This document shows positions 25,056 through 33,803 of a stretch of DNA of 38,645 bases, in pieces (position 1 is the first letter of the stretch; every line of letters starts with the position of its first letter). A program made the translations under genes and the position numbers. The notes under the pieces are model-generated. The model was not told the DNA's origin. It saw nothing but the letters and a program-made list of their open reading frames with translations, and searched no databases. Origin of the DNA: Methanomicrobiales archaeon (GTDB lineage: Archaea > Halobacteriota > Methanomicrobia > Methanomicrobiales > JACTUA01). Where the stretch lies: the NCBI GenBank assembly GCA_035542895.1, contig DATKKN010000073.1, positions 1 through 38,645 of the forward strand. The letters run 5' to 3'.

Positions 25056-25946
25056 ATGGCAATTCTCCGGCGTGAGAGCGGCCAGGCCTGCCCGGTGGTC
25101 GACCCGGACCGGGAGATCATCCATGTAGACTGCGCCGGCCACACCTATCCCGACGGGAGTATCGGCATCCATGACATGTGCTTCCATGTGCTCTCGCGGG
25201 AGATCGTCGCGCTCTGCGGGCCGAACGGGTCCGGAAAGTCGACCCTCATCGAGCACCTGAACGGGCTCCTCACCCCGTCGGAGGGCAAGATCATCGTCCA
25301 GGGAAAGCCGCTCACGGGAGCCGAGAAGTCGGGGCTCTGGAGGGTCGTGGGGGTGGTCTTCCAGCAGTCCGATGACCAGCTGTTCGCCCCCACGGTCCTT
25401 GATGACGTTATGTTCGGGCCCCTGAACCTGGGCCTCACCCGGGCCGAGGCCGAAAAAAGGGCAGAGGAAGCCCTGGGGGCGGTGGGAGGGGCCCACCTGG
25501 TGCACCGGCTCCCGAACTACCTCTCTGGCGGGGAGAAGCGGCTCGTTTCCATCGCGGGTATCATCGCTATGATGCCGCAGGTCATCGCCTTCGACGAGCC
25601 GACCTCTGACCTGGACCCGGTCCACGCCGGGAAGATCGAGCAGATCATCCTCGACCTCAAGGCGAGGTTCGGGATCGGCGTCGTGATCGCCACCCATGAC
25701 CTGGACCTCGCCGCCCGGATCGCCGACCGGATCTGCCTCGTGAAGGCGGGGTCGGTCTTTGCCGAGGGACCCCCGGATGAGATCTTCTACGACCCCGGCC
25801 TGATCCGGGAGGCGGGCCTGAAGCTGCCATCCGGGATCCAGCTCTACCTCGATGCATGCAGGGCGACGGGCACCGAACCCGTGCGTCGGCCGGTCACGAG
25901 GGAGGAGATCGTTGCTGCCCTGAAAGAGATCCACGGCGGAAAGTGA
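25056..25946 (+). CDS. cbiO: ECF transporter ATPase component, CbiO family.
   Basis: Walker A is 'GPNGSGKST', the Q-loop region is 'VFQQSDDQLF', the signature motif is 'LSGGEKRLVSIA', Walker B is 'IAFDEPTSDLD', and the H-loop is 'ATHD'. Confidence 0.88.
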   Translation: MAILRRESGQACPVVDPDREIIHVDCAGHTYPDGSIGIHDMCFHVLSREIVALCGPNGSGKSTLIEHLNGLLTPSEGKIIVQGKPLTGAEKSGLWRVVGVVFQQSDDQLFAPTVLDDVMFGPLNLGLTRAEAEKRAEEALGAVGGAHLVHRLPNYLSGGEKRLVSIAGIIAMMPQVIAFDEPTSDLDPVHAGKIEQIILDLKARFGIGVVIATHDLDLAARIADRICLVKAGSVFAEGPPDEIFYDPGLIREAGLKLPSGIQLYLDACRATGTEPVRRPVTREEIVAALKEIHGGK

Positions 25947-26044
25947 ACATCGCACCTAAATTTTGTACATGGCCAAATTCCGGGAAAATTTGATATGGGC
26001 ATCGGGCAATATATGACTGCCAGCCGGACATTGGCGGGGTTCCT

Positions 26045-26695
26045 GTGGCTCACATCCATCTCCCGGACGGTTCCTTCACCCTTACCTGGGTCCTCATATG
26101 GTGGTTCTGTGCACTCGTGCTCGTTGGAGTCGCGCTCCTCCTCGCGAGAAGACAAAAGCAGATGGATCCCGGGAAGATAACCATCGCCGCGTTCGTTACC
26201 GCCGCATCCTTTGCCATATTCCAGGTGCAGATCCCCCTCGCAGGCGGGGTGCACCTGAATCTCACTCCCCTGATCGGTATCCTCGCGGGTCCTGTCCTCG
26301 GCGCCCTCATCGTGTTCGTTGTGAACATCCTCTCCGCTGCAATCGGGCACGGGGGCTGGGGGCTCGTCGGGGCGAATGTACTCGTGAATTTTTCTGAGGT
26401 CCTTGTTGCCTATCTTACGTTCCGCAGCCTGAAATGGGTCACGTCCAGTCTCTTTGCCCGGGCAGGGATCGCGACCTTTGCCGGGCTGTTCGTGGGAAAT
26501 ATCGTAATGATGGGAATTATCCTCATATCCGGTATCCAGGGCGTAACCCAGACCACATCCCAGATTCTCGTGGGGCTCTCCCTCCTCGCCGCAGTGAATA
26601 TGGGCGTGGCAGTTATTGAGGCAATAATTACCGGGCTCACGGTTGCGTACATCGGCAGGGTAAGGCCTGAAATTCTTGATGGTGACCGGGGATGA
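26045..26695 (+). CDS. cbiM: Cobalt/nickel ECF substrate-capture component, CbiM/NikM family.
   Basis: The N-terminus 'MAHIHLPDGS' resembles the MHIxDG metal-binding N-terminus. About 6 TM segments are present, with 'AGGVHLNLTPLIGIL'. With the GTG start, the exact mature N-terminus is uncertain. Confidence 0.8.
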   Translation: MAHIHLPDGSFTLTWVLIWWFCALVLVGVALLLARRQKQMDPGKITIAAFVTAASFAIFQVQIPLAGGVHLNLTPLIGILAGPVLGALIVFVVNILSAAIGHGGWGLVGANVLVNFSEVLVAYLTFRSLKWVTSSLFARAGIATFAGLFVGNIVMMGIILISGIQGVTQTTSQILVGLSLLAAVNMGVAVIEAIITGLTVAYIGRVRPEILDGDRG

Positions 26696-26973
26696 CGGGC
26701 TTTCGGGAGAAGAGAGGGCTTCTTATCTTCGGGTTGATCCTTCTCATCGTCGTCATCGTCTCGCTGGCCGCATACCTGGTAACCGGGCCAATGGGTATCG
26801 AGGAAAGGTATGGCCATGCTGTCGGCCTGCCGGCCGGGGAAGAGGAACCCGGAGGTGGCTGGTTTGGGTTCTCACTCGAAGGGAATCTTCTCCTGTACGG
26901 GGTGATCCTCGTCATTCTCGGGATCATCTGCTTCACCACCTATCGACGGTGGAGGAAAGAAGGGACCGGGTAA
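26692..26973 (+). CDS. Small 2-TM membrane protein, a CbiN/NikN-like (or PDGLE-type) accessory component.
   Basis: It is 93 aa long with a TM helix at each end, and it is ATGA-coupled to cbiM. The position matches cbiN, but sequence similarity is only loosely recognisable. Confidence 0.5.
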   Translation: MTGFREKRGLLIFGLILLIVVIVSLAAYLVTGPMGIEERYGHAVGLPAGEEEPGGGWFGFSLEGNLLLYGVILVILGIICFTTYRRWRKEGTG

Positions 26974-27082
26974 TGCTTCTGTATTCCGGGAAAGAGTGCA
27001 GGAACAGGGAAACCCCTCTCCAGAGGGCACTCACGGGAATTCAGGATATTTTCTTTACGTCTCCCCGCGAATTGATACTGGA

Positions 27083-28195
27083 ATGAGCGGCCCTGAGGAC
27101 GAGATCCTTGCGATAGAGGAGGAGATAAGCTCCACCCCGTACAACAAGGCTACCTCGAAGCACATCGGGCGGCTCAAGGCCAAGCTCGCGAAGATCAAGG
27201 ACGAGGCGGTCCAGCGGGCGCTGAAGGCCGGCGGCGGGGGCGAGGGGTTCTCGGTGAAGAAGAGCGGGGACGCGACGGCCGTCCTCGTCGGCTTTCCTTC
27301 GACCGGGAAGTCAACGCTCCTCAACACCCTCACCGGGACGCAGTCCGAGGTCGGGTCCTATGCGTTCACGACGGTGACGGTCATCCCCGGGGCGCTCGAA
27401 CACCGGAGCGCGAAGATCCAGATCCTGGATATCCCCGGGATGATAGCAGGGGCCGCGATGGGGAAGGGCAGGGGGAAGGAGGTGATCTCCGTCGTCCGCT
27501 CGGCCGACCTGATCATCCTCCTCGTCGACGTCTGGAACGAGAAGCACTTCGATATCCTGATCCGTGAGCTTGCCGATGCGGGGATACGGATCAACCGGGA
27601 GAAGCCGGACATCACCATCCGGAAGACCTCCATCGGCGGGGTGCATGTCGGATCTGTCGGGGATATCGGGATGGACGACGACGAGATAAAGGCGATCATG
27701 GCCGAATACCGGCTGGTGAACGCCCATGTCCTCATCCGGGGCGGGGCCACGCAGGATGACCTCATCGATACGATGCTCGGGAACCGGATCTACGTGCCTG
27801 CCATCCTCGCGGTGAACAAGGTGGACCTCGTCGACGGGGCGACGATGCGGTCCATCGAGGAGGACCTGAGCGCCCGGTTCGGCGAGCGCCCCCTCATGAT
27901 ATCGGCGGCCTCCGGGTATCACATGGAGGAGCTCAAGGACGCGATCTTCGATCATCTCGGCTTCATCCGGGCGTACATGAAGCCCCAGGGAGAGGATGCG
28001 GACCTCGAAGAACCCATGATCCTCAGGCGGAACGCGACCGTCGAGGACGTCTGCCGGAAGCTCCACCGGGAGTTCGTTGAGAAGTTCCGGTACGCCCGGA
28101 TCTGGGGGGAGTTCGTGAAGCACGCAGGGCAGCGCGTCGGCCTCCACTACAAGGTTCACGACGGGGACCTCATCTCGATCATCACGAGACGGTGA
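27083..28195 (+). CDS. DRG-family (developmentally regulated) GTP-binding protein with a C-terminal TGS domain.
   Basis: N-terminus 'ILAIEEEISSTPYNKATSKHIGRLKAKLAKI'. G1 is 'GFPSTGKSTLLN', G3 is 'DIPG' and G4 is 'NKVD'. The TGS-like end is 'VHDGDLISI'. I chose ATG 27083 over the track start at 26996. Confidence 0.88.
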   Translation: MSGPEDEILAIEEEISSTPYNKATSKHIGRLKAKLAKIKDEAVQRALKAGGGGEGFSVKKSGDATAVLVGFPSTGKSTLLNTLTGTQSEVGSYAFTTVTVIPGALEHRSAKIQILDIPGMIAGAAMGKGRGKEVISVVRSADLIILLVDVWNEKHFDILIRELADAGIRINREKPDITIRKTSIGGVHVGSVGDIGMDDDEIKAIMAEYRLVNAHVLIRGGATQDDLIDTMLGNRIYVPAILAVNKVDLVDGATMRSIEEDLSARFGERPLMISAASGYHMEELKDAIFDHLGFIRAYMKPQGEDADLEEPMILRRNATVEDVCRKLHREFVEKFRYARIWGEFVKHAGQRVGLHYKVHDGDLISIITRR

Positions 28196-28210
28196 TCCCT
28201 GCAGGGCAGC

Positions 28211-29356
28211 CTATTTCCTGGTCCCGCCGATGGCCTGCCCGATGACACTCACCGGCGCCTCGGTCTTTATCGCTGTTCCAGAGTAATGGGCCCTGCTCGC
28301 CGGGTAACCCGAATCCCTGATCCGCTGCAGAACATCTACAATGGGGGGAGGTGAACGGCGCAGGGCCTTCGCCATCCGGTGATAGTCGTAGTGGCTCGAG
28401 GTGGGGAGCTCCTCCTGAAGGACGGAGAGGAGCCGGAAGAGTTCCTCTCCTGCCGCGAGAGGAACCGAGGGAAGCCGGCCGAGCATTCCCGACAGGGTTT
28501 CCGTATCGTTGATTCCCCCGAGCCAGAGAGGGCCGACGGGAACGAGTCCCCCGCCGCAGGAGCACTGGCCTCTGCACGACGGGAGGAGGCCGGCCTCCTC
28601 CTCCCGGTGGAAGCACCGGTCGCACTGGAGAATGAAACCCATCCGGGCAAGAGTCCGGTCGGCCGCCCTCGCCCCGGGCCGGACCCGCACGTGGAGCCGG
28701 ACGGCATGCTCACGTGAAAAACAGAGGAGGGGTTCGAGCCCCCGGTCGTACTTCACGAGCTCCCGCACCACGAAACCGAGGAGGGTGCGCAGGCCGGTTT
28801 CCCCGTGGTACTCGTTGTTCACCGGGTGCGCGAAGTACCGCCGGGCCCCGGCCGGTCCGTGGGCGCCGCAGAGGGGGGCGGTGTCGGTCGCCGTGACGAA
28901 AAGGAACTTCATTGCGGAACGGGCCGCTGCATCGACGAACGGGGCGGGGGTGCCAAAGGGATCGAGGTCAACGGCATCGAACCTCCGGGAGGAAAGGAGG
29001 ACATTCACGTCGCATTGCGTGACCTCTGCAGGGACTTCGGCATGGGACGCGTTCTTCCGGATGAGCTCCACGGCGAGGGGGTCCCGGTCGTTGATGGTCA
29101 CCGGTATCCCGCACTCCTTCGCGACCCGGATCCCCCGGGCCCCGGTCGCCCCCATGGCATCCAGGTACCTCCCGGGAAGAATACCCAGAAGGAGAAGGAC
29201 GGTCGCGTCCCGGGAGAGGGCCATCCTCCGGTTGAAGAAGACGGGGGACGACCCCGGAGGGAAGCCGCTTCCCGGGTCCTGGACAGGGACCAGGAGTCCC
29301 GTTCCTCCCTCGGTGATGGGCACGAGATCCATGTAACCCCGAATCGATGCTACCAT
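28211..29356 (-). CDS. trm1: tRNA (guanine26-N2)-dimethyltransferase.
   Basis: Supporting motifs are 'FFNRRMALSRD', 'LDAMGATGARGIR', 'DLDPFGTPAPFVD' and 'ATDTAPLCG'. The C-terminal Cys cluster is 'CDRCFH...CRGQCSCGG'. The start is 29356 or ATG 29332. Confidence 0.88.
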   Translation of the reverse strand: MVASIRGYMDLVPITEGGTGLLVPVQDPGSGFPPGSSPVFFNRRMALSRDATVLLLLGILPGRYLDAMGATGARGIRVAKECGIPVTINDRDPLAVELIRKNASHAEVPAEVTQCDVNVLLSSRRFDAVDLDPFGTPAPFVDAAARSAMKFLFVTATDTAPLCGAHGPAGARRYFAHPVNNEYHGETGLRTLLGFVVRELVKYDRGLEPLLCFSREHAVRLHVRVRPGARAADRTLARMGFILQCDRCFHREEEAGLLPSCRGQCSCGGGLVPVGPLWLGGINDTETLSGMLGRLPSVPLAAGEELFRLLSVLQEELPTSSHYDYHRMAKALRRSPPPIVDVLQRIRDSGYPASRAHYSGTAIKTEAPVSVIGQAIGGTRK

Positions 29357-29357
29357 T

Positions 29358-29368
29358 ATTGATATATC
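29358..29368 (+). promoter_or_regulatory. TATA box (ttgatatatcc) for tRNA-Arg, in the 32-bp gap it shares with divergent trm1.
   Basis: An AT-rich element ends about 21 nt (centre about 26 nt) upstream of the tRNA 5' end at 29389. Confidence 0.45.
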
Positions 29369-29388
29369 CAGAGAGACGTAATAAAAAG

Positions 29389-29463
29389 GGGGCTTGTGGC
29401 CTAGCCAGGAAAGGGCGTCACTCTCCTAAGGTGAATGTCGGGGGTTCGAATCCCCCCAAGCCC
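29389..29463 (+). tRNA. tRNA-Arg (anticodon CCU).
   Basis: The 75-nt sequence is GGGCTTG-TG-GCCT-AGCCAGGAA-AGGGC-G-TCACT-CT[CCT]AA-GGTGA-ATGTC-GGGGG-TTCGAAT-CCCCC-CAAGCCC-G. The cloverleaf is complete and no CCA is encoded. Confidence 0.9.
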
Positions 29464-29589
29464 GTGGATCCTGCTTCATGGCAGGGTGGGGAAGTGAAAG
29501 GATATTATGCCGGGATACCCACCTTGATCCCATGGACGTACAGGCGGGAGCCCTGCCCTGACCTCCGTCGCCTTCCCCGTGATAGCCCC

Positions 29590-31575
29590 TTGACGCGAGC
29601 GAACCATGACCCGGAACCGGAGAGCATCCCTTCCCGGATACGTCACATTCTCATCGGGGCCCGCCGGAACATAGCCGATCCCCGCATCTTTCACAAGATC
29701 GCCCTTATCCCGGTCCTCGCCTGGATCGGCCTCGGGGCCGACGGCCTCTCGTCCTCATCCTATGGACCTGCCGAGGCCTTCGGGGCGCTCGGGAAACATG
29801 TCTACCTCGCCGTTTTCCTCGCCCTCGCGACCGCCGTCACGGTCTTTGTCATTTCCTATGCCTACACCCGGATCATCGAGCACTTCCCGACCGGGGGCGG
29901 GGGGTACATCGTCGCCACCTCGACCATCGGCGAGAAGGCGGGCGTCGTCTCAGGGTCCGCCCTCCTCGTGGACTACATGCTCACCATCACGGTATCCATC
30001 GCGGCCTGCGCCGAGGCCATCTTCAGCTTCATCCCCCCGGAGCTCCAGCGGTTCAAGCTCGTCTTCGCCGTCTTCCTCGTCCTCCTCCTCATCGTTCTCA
30101 ACCTGAGAGGGGTGAAGGAGTCGGTCCTCGTCCTCGCGCCCATCTTCCTCGCCTTCATCGCCACCCATGCCCTCCTCCTCGGGTATGGCATCTTCGCCCA
30201 TACCTCGGGATTCGGGGCGGTATCCTCAGGAATCCGGACAAACCTTGCCCTCGACCTTTCGACCGTTGGGATCATCGGGGTCCTCGCCGTCTTCTTCAGG
30301 GCTTACTCCCTCGGGGCAGGGACGTACACCGGTATCGAGGCGGTGGCGAACGGCCTCCAGATCATGCGCGAGCCCAAGGTGCAGACCGGGAAGAGGACCA
30401 TGGCCTACATGGCCATCTCCCTGGCCCTCGTGGCCGGGGGTCTCTTCCTCTGCTACCTCCTCTGGGGCGTCTTTCCCGTGCCCGGGAGAACCCTGAACGC
30501 CGTCCTCGCGGGCGCGGTCTTCTCGGGCTGGCCCTTCGGGGGCCTCCTTGCGCTCCTGACCATACTCTCCGAGGGGGCCCTCCTCATGGTGGCGGCCCAG
30601 ACCGGGTTCATCGACGGGCCCCGGGTGATGGCGAACATGGCCATCGACTCCTGGTTCCCCCGCCGTTTCGCCTCCCTCTCCGAGCGGCTCACCATGCAGG
30701 ACGGGATCCTCCTCATGGGAAGCGCGGCCCTCGTCCTCCTCGTCTATGCCAGGGGCTCGGTCGCAGTCCTCGTCGTGATGTACGCCATCAACGTGTTCAT
30801 CACCTTCTCACTCTCCGAGTTCGGGATGTCCCGCTTCTTCTTCACCCGTCGGCACGAGGATCCCCTCTGGTCGCGGCACATCGCGATCCACCTTACCGGT
30901 CTGATCCTCTGTCTCACCATCCTCACCATCACGGTCTTCGAGAAGTTCGCCGAGGGCGGCTGGCTCACCCTCCTCCTCACCTCCGGGGTCATCGCCATCT
31001 GCTTCGCCATCAGGAGGCACTACCGGGAAGTGAGCGAGGGGATCCGCAAGCTCGACTACCACTTAAATAACGTCCCCTCGGCCGGGACGGTGAACATGGA
31101 ACCCCCGGATCCGAGGAGAAAGACCGCCGTCCAGCTCGTCACGGGGTTCAACGGGTTCGGGCTCCACACCTTCTACTCCATCATCCGGAGCTTCCCGAAC
31201 CTGTACGAGAACTTCATTTTCGTGTCGGTCGCCGTCGTGGACTCCGGTTCCTTCAAGGGTGCAGGGGAGGTGAAGTCCCTCGAGGAATCGGTAAAGGCCG
31301 ATCTCCGGAAGTACGTGGACCTCGCCCGCACGTTCGGCTTTGCGGCCGACTTCAGGACGGCGACGGGGACCGACGTGGTGGAAACGGCGGTCACCCTCTG
31401 CAAGTCCATTGCAGAAGAGTTCTCAGACTCGACCTTCTTCACGGGCCAGATCGTCTTCCGGGACGAGAGCCCCTTCCACAAGCTCCTCCACAACGAGACC
31501 GCCTTTGCCATCCAGAGGAACCTCCAGTTCAGCGGGATAACGACGGTGATCCTCCCCGTCCAGGCCGAGGAATAG
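29590..31575 (+). CDS. APC-superfamily permease (amino-acid/cation transporter-like) with a cytoplasmic C-terminal domain of about 230 aa.
   Basis: About 12 TM segments are present, with 'LIGARRNI...', 'GADGLSSSSYGPAEAF' and 'FPTGGGGYIVA'. The track ORF (29347) runs through tRNA-Arg, so the start must be downstream. TTG 29590 is a tentative choice, and GTG near 29494 is also possible. Confidence 0.7.
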   Translation: MTRANHDPEPESIPSRIRHILIGARRNIADPRIFHKIALIPVLAWIGLGADGLSSSSYGPAEAFGALGKHVYLAVFLALATAVTVFVISYAYTRIIEHFPTGGGGYIVATSTIGEKAGVVSGSALLVDYMLTITVSIAACAEAIFSFIPPELQRFKLVFAVFLVLLLIVLNLRGVKESVLVLAPIFLAFIATHALLLGYGIFAHTSGFGAVSSGIRTNLALDLSTVGIIGVLAVFFRAYSLGAGTYTGIEAVANGLQIMREPKVQTGKRTMAYMAISLALVAGGLFLCYLLWGVFPVPGRTLNAVLAGAVFSGWPFGGLLALLTILSEGALLMVAAQTGFIDGPRVMANMAIDSWFPRRFASLSERLTMQDGILLMGSAALVLLVYARGSVAVLVVMYAINVFITFSLSEFGMSRFFFTRRHEDPLWSRHIAIHLTGLILCLTILTITVFEKFAEGGWLTLLLTSGVIAICFAIRRHYREVSEGIRKLDYHLNNVPSAGTVNMEPPDPRRKTAVQLVTGFNGFGLHTFYSIIRSFPNLYENFIFVSVAVVDSGSFKGAGEVKSLEESVKADLRKYVDLARTFGFAADFRTATGTDVVETAVTLCKSIAEEFSDSTFFTGQIVFRDESPFHKLLHNETAFAIQRNLQFSGITTVILPVQAEE

Positions 31576-31685
31576 CGAATCGCACCCCGCCTGACGGCGT
31601 GTTGCTCCAGGTCGGTTTCTAACGAAACCTCCCACCGGGGAAACCCATGGCTTAATACCCATCCGGTGCAACCGTTCCCTCATCC

Positions 31686-32552
31686 ATGACCCTCGCGGGC
31701 CTCCTCACCCTCATGCGGCCGGTGAACTGCTCGGTCGCCGGCCTCGCGGCCCTCCTCGGGTACGTCGTCGCTACGGGGACCCTCACGCCTTTTTCCCTCA
31801 TCCTCTTCCCCATCGTGTTCTCCATCACTGCAGGGGGGAACGTGTTCAATGATCTCTGCGACCTCCCCATCGACCGGGTCAACCGGCCCGGCCGGCCGCT
31901 GCCATCGGGTCAGGTGACTCCAAGGGAGGCGGGGATCCTCGCGCTCTTCCTCTTCACCTTCGGCCTCGCCCTCACCATACCCGCAGGGCCCGCCTGCGTC
32001 GTTATCGCAGTCGCAAACTCCCTTCTCCTCCTCGTCTACGCGCGCACCCTGAAGAGGATGGCCGGCTTGGGGAACGTCGCGGTCTCCTACCTCTCGGCGA
32101 GCATTTACCCCTTCGGCGGGGCCCTCGCGGGCATCCCGGCCATGGAGCGGACCCTGCCGCTCGCGGGGATCACCTTCCTCGCCATGCTCTCCCGGGAGCT
32201 CCTGAAGGATGCCGAGGACGTCCCCGGCGACAGAGCCGCCGGCGCCCGGACCGTCCCCATTGTTATCGGGGTAAAGAGGACCGCCGTGGTTGCCTATGCC
32301 TGCGCCATCGGCGCCATCGTCGTTTCCCTCCTTCCCGTCGTACCCTGGTGGGGAGGGCCCTACCTCGCCGGGATCGGCGTCGCTGATGTGGTGATCCTCT
32401 TCGGGGCCGCCCGGGCGCTCAGGTGCCGGACCCCGGAATGTGTCAGGGCCTCGCGGTCCACGACGATCCTGAAGGCGGGAATGTACCTCGCCCTCGCGGT
32501 CATCGCGATCGCGGCCGTGCTTTCCGGGAACTTTCATATCCCAGCATCGTGA
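31686..32552 (+). CDS. UbiA-family prenyltransferase, most likely digeranylgeranylglyceryl phosphate (DGGGP) synthase.
   Basis: 'LMRPVNCSVAGLA' is near the N-terminus. The first Asp-rich motif is 'NDLCDLPIDRVNRPGRPLPSG' and the second is 'KDAEDVPGDR'. About 8 TM segments, 288 aa. Confidence 0.8.
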   Translation: MTLAGLLTLMRPVNCSVAGLAALLGYVVATGTLTPFSLILFPIVFSITAGGNVFNDLCDLPIDRVNRPGRPLPSGQVTPREAGILALFLFTFGLALTIPAGPACVVIAVANSLLLLVYARTLKRMAGLGNVAVSYLSASIYPFGGALAGIPAMERTLPLAGITFLAMLSRELLKDAEDVPGDRAAGARTVPIVIGVKRTAVVAYACAIGAIVVSLLPVVPWWGGPYLAGIGVADVVILFGAARALRCRTPECVRASRSTTILKAGMYLALAVIAIAAVLSGNFHIPAS

Positions 32553-32559
32553 AAAACTG

Positions 32560-32997
32560 GTGAGAGTCTTGAAACCCGCGAGGATCTACCGCTGTGACCA
32601 CACCTTCATCGTGCCGAGGGGGGCGTACTTCGAGGGGAACGTGCATATCGACGGCGATCTCCTTGTTCCCCGGGACACTCACTTCTGGGGCCGGCTCGTG
32701 GTGGAGGGGGACCTCACCCTCGGGCCGTGTTCGACGGTTGAGGCGGGAGTCTGGTGCGGGAATGCCACCATCGGCGACCACGTCCGGATCCGGGGCCCCC
32801 TCGTGGCGAACGGCGATGTCCTGGTCTGCGACGGCGCGGCCATCGGCAGGATAGAGGCCGCCCGGGACGTCACGCTCCGGCCCGGCGTCCGGGTCGGGGA
32901 CGTCGTGAGCGGAAGGACCCTCCTCGTCCAGGGGAAGATCGAGAGCGGCCGGCTCCTGGGAAGAACCGTGAAAATCGTCGGAGCGACGTTCCCGTAA
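32560..32997 (+). CDS. Bactofilin-like (polymer-forming cytoskeletal, DUF583-type) beta-helix protein.
   Basis: The 145-aa protein is made of short repeats of the type 'G.v.i.Gdl.v', e.g. 'FEGNVHIDGDLLV', 'GRLVVEGDLTLG', 'IRGPLVANGDVLV', 'VGDVVSGRTLLVQGKIESG'. GTG start, 7 nt after the upstream gene. Confidence 0.5.
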   Translation: MRVLKPARIYRCDHTFIVPRGAYFEGNVHIDGDLLVPRDTHFWGRLVVEGDLTLGPCSTVEAGVWCGNATIGDHVRIRGPLVANGDVLVCDGAAIGRIEAARDVTLRPGVRVGDVVSGRTLLVQGKIESGRLLGRTVKIVGATFP

Positions 32998-33060
32998 GGG
33001 AACGGAGCTTGAGCAACGCGAAGCGGTGCGAGGGCCTGGGGTACGGGTACCCGCGGCTGC

Positions 33061-33762
33061 CTACCTGGGAGAACCGTGAAGGTCGCCGTGGCGTGAGGAT
33101 GCGGGGAGGCCGAGGGCTGCCACGTCGAAGACCTCGTTCCAGTTCACAAAGGTCTCCACGCACCCGTCCTTCAGGGTCACGACGCCCATCCCGGGGATGC
33201 CGATTTGGTCGCACATGTCGAGCCCCTCCTTGACCTCGAGGGTGCATCCCACCCCGATAATGCCCTCGGGATGGTACTTTTTTACCATCCTCCTGATGAA
33301 CCCCGAGCCCGGGACGATGAAGACCCGGTACCCCATCCCGAGCAGATCCCGGATAGCCTCGCTCGTGGTGCAGAGCCCGCACTCCTTGCACCATATCCCC
33401 TCGGGGGTGAGGGTCGCCGGGCAGCGGGCCGAGCGGAGGCACTGGGGGAGGAAGACGGCCCGCTTCGAAACGGGCACCTCCTCGAAGGCCTTCTTGTTCA
33501 TGGAGTTCTGGAGCTTGATGGAGAAGGAGATGAGGTCCCGGTCATCCAGGCCGAGGAACCTGCAGATGGCCTTCACGAGCCCCTCGAGGAGGAAGAACCA
33601 GGGCTTCATGATCCTCGGCAGGTAGAGGTGGCCGTTCCTCACCGAGAGGAGCGCGATGGCAAGGAGTGCGAGGGCCATGGCCACGAGGAACACCGCGATG
33701 AGGACTGCGGCCTCGCCGATGAGGATCATGGTGCCCGTCCAGAGGGGACTGTCGAAAAGCAT
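33061..33762 (-). CDS. DUF116-family membrane-anchored cysteine-rich protein.
   Basis: The N-terminal TM helix is followed by 'AVFLPQCLRSARCPA....G..CKECGLC', then 'GYRVFIVPGSGFI' and 'GIIGVGC', as in DUF116. Confidence 0.7.
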   Translation of the reverse strand: MLFDSPLWTGTMILIGEAAVLIAVFLVAMALALLAIALLSVRNGHLYLPRIMKPWFFLLEGLVKAICRFLGLDDRDLISFSIKLQNSMNKKAFEEVPVSKRAVFLPQCLRSARCPATLTPEGIWCKECGLCTTSEAIRDLLGMGYRVFIVPGSGFIRRMVKKYHPEGIIGVGCTLEVKEGLDMCDQIGIPGMGVVTLKDGCVETFVNWNEVFDVAALGLPASSRHGDLHGSPR

Positions 33763-33803
33763 CCTGTGCCGGGAATATTGGCCTTTTCAGGAGATATACT
33801 TCG

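Noticed and set aside
29347-29589. The N-terminal part of the 742-aa ORF, which covers tRNA-Arg(CCU).
   Set aside because: This stretch includes a complete cloverleaf tRNA gene with its own TATA box. The permease-like sequence only begins around residue 80 or later, so the real start must lie downstream of the tRNA.
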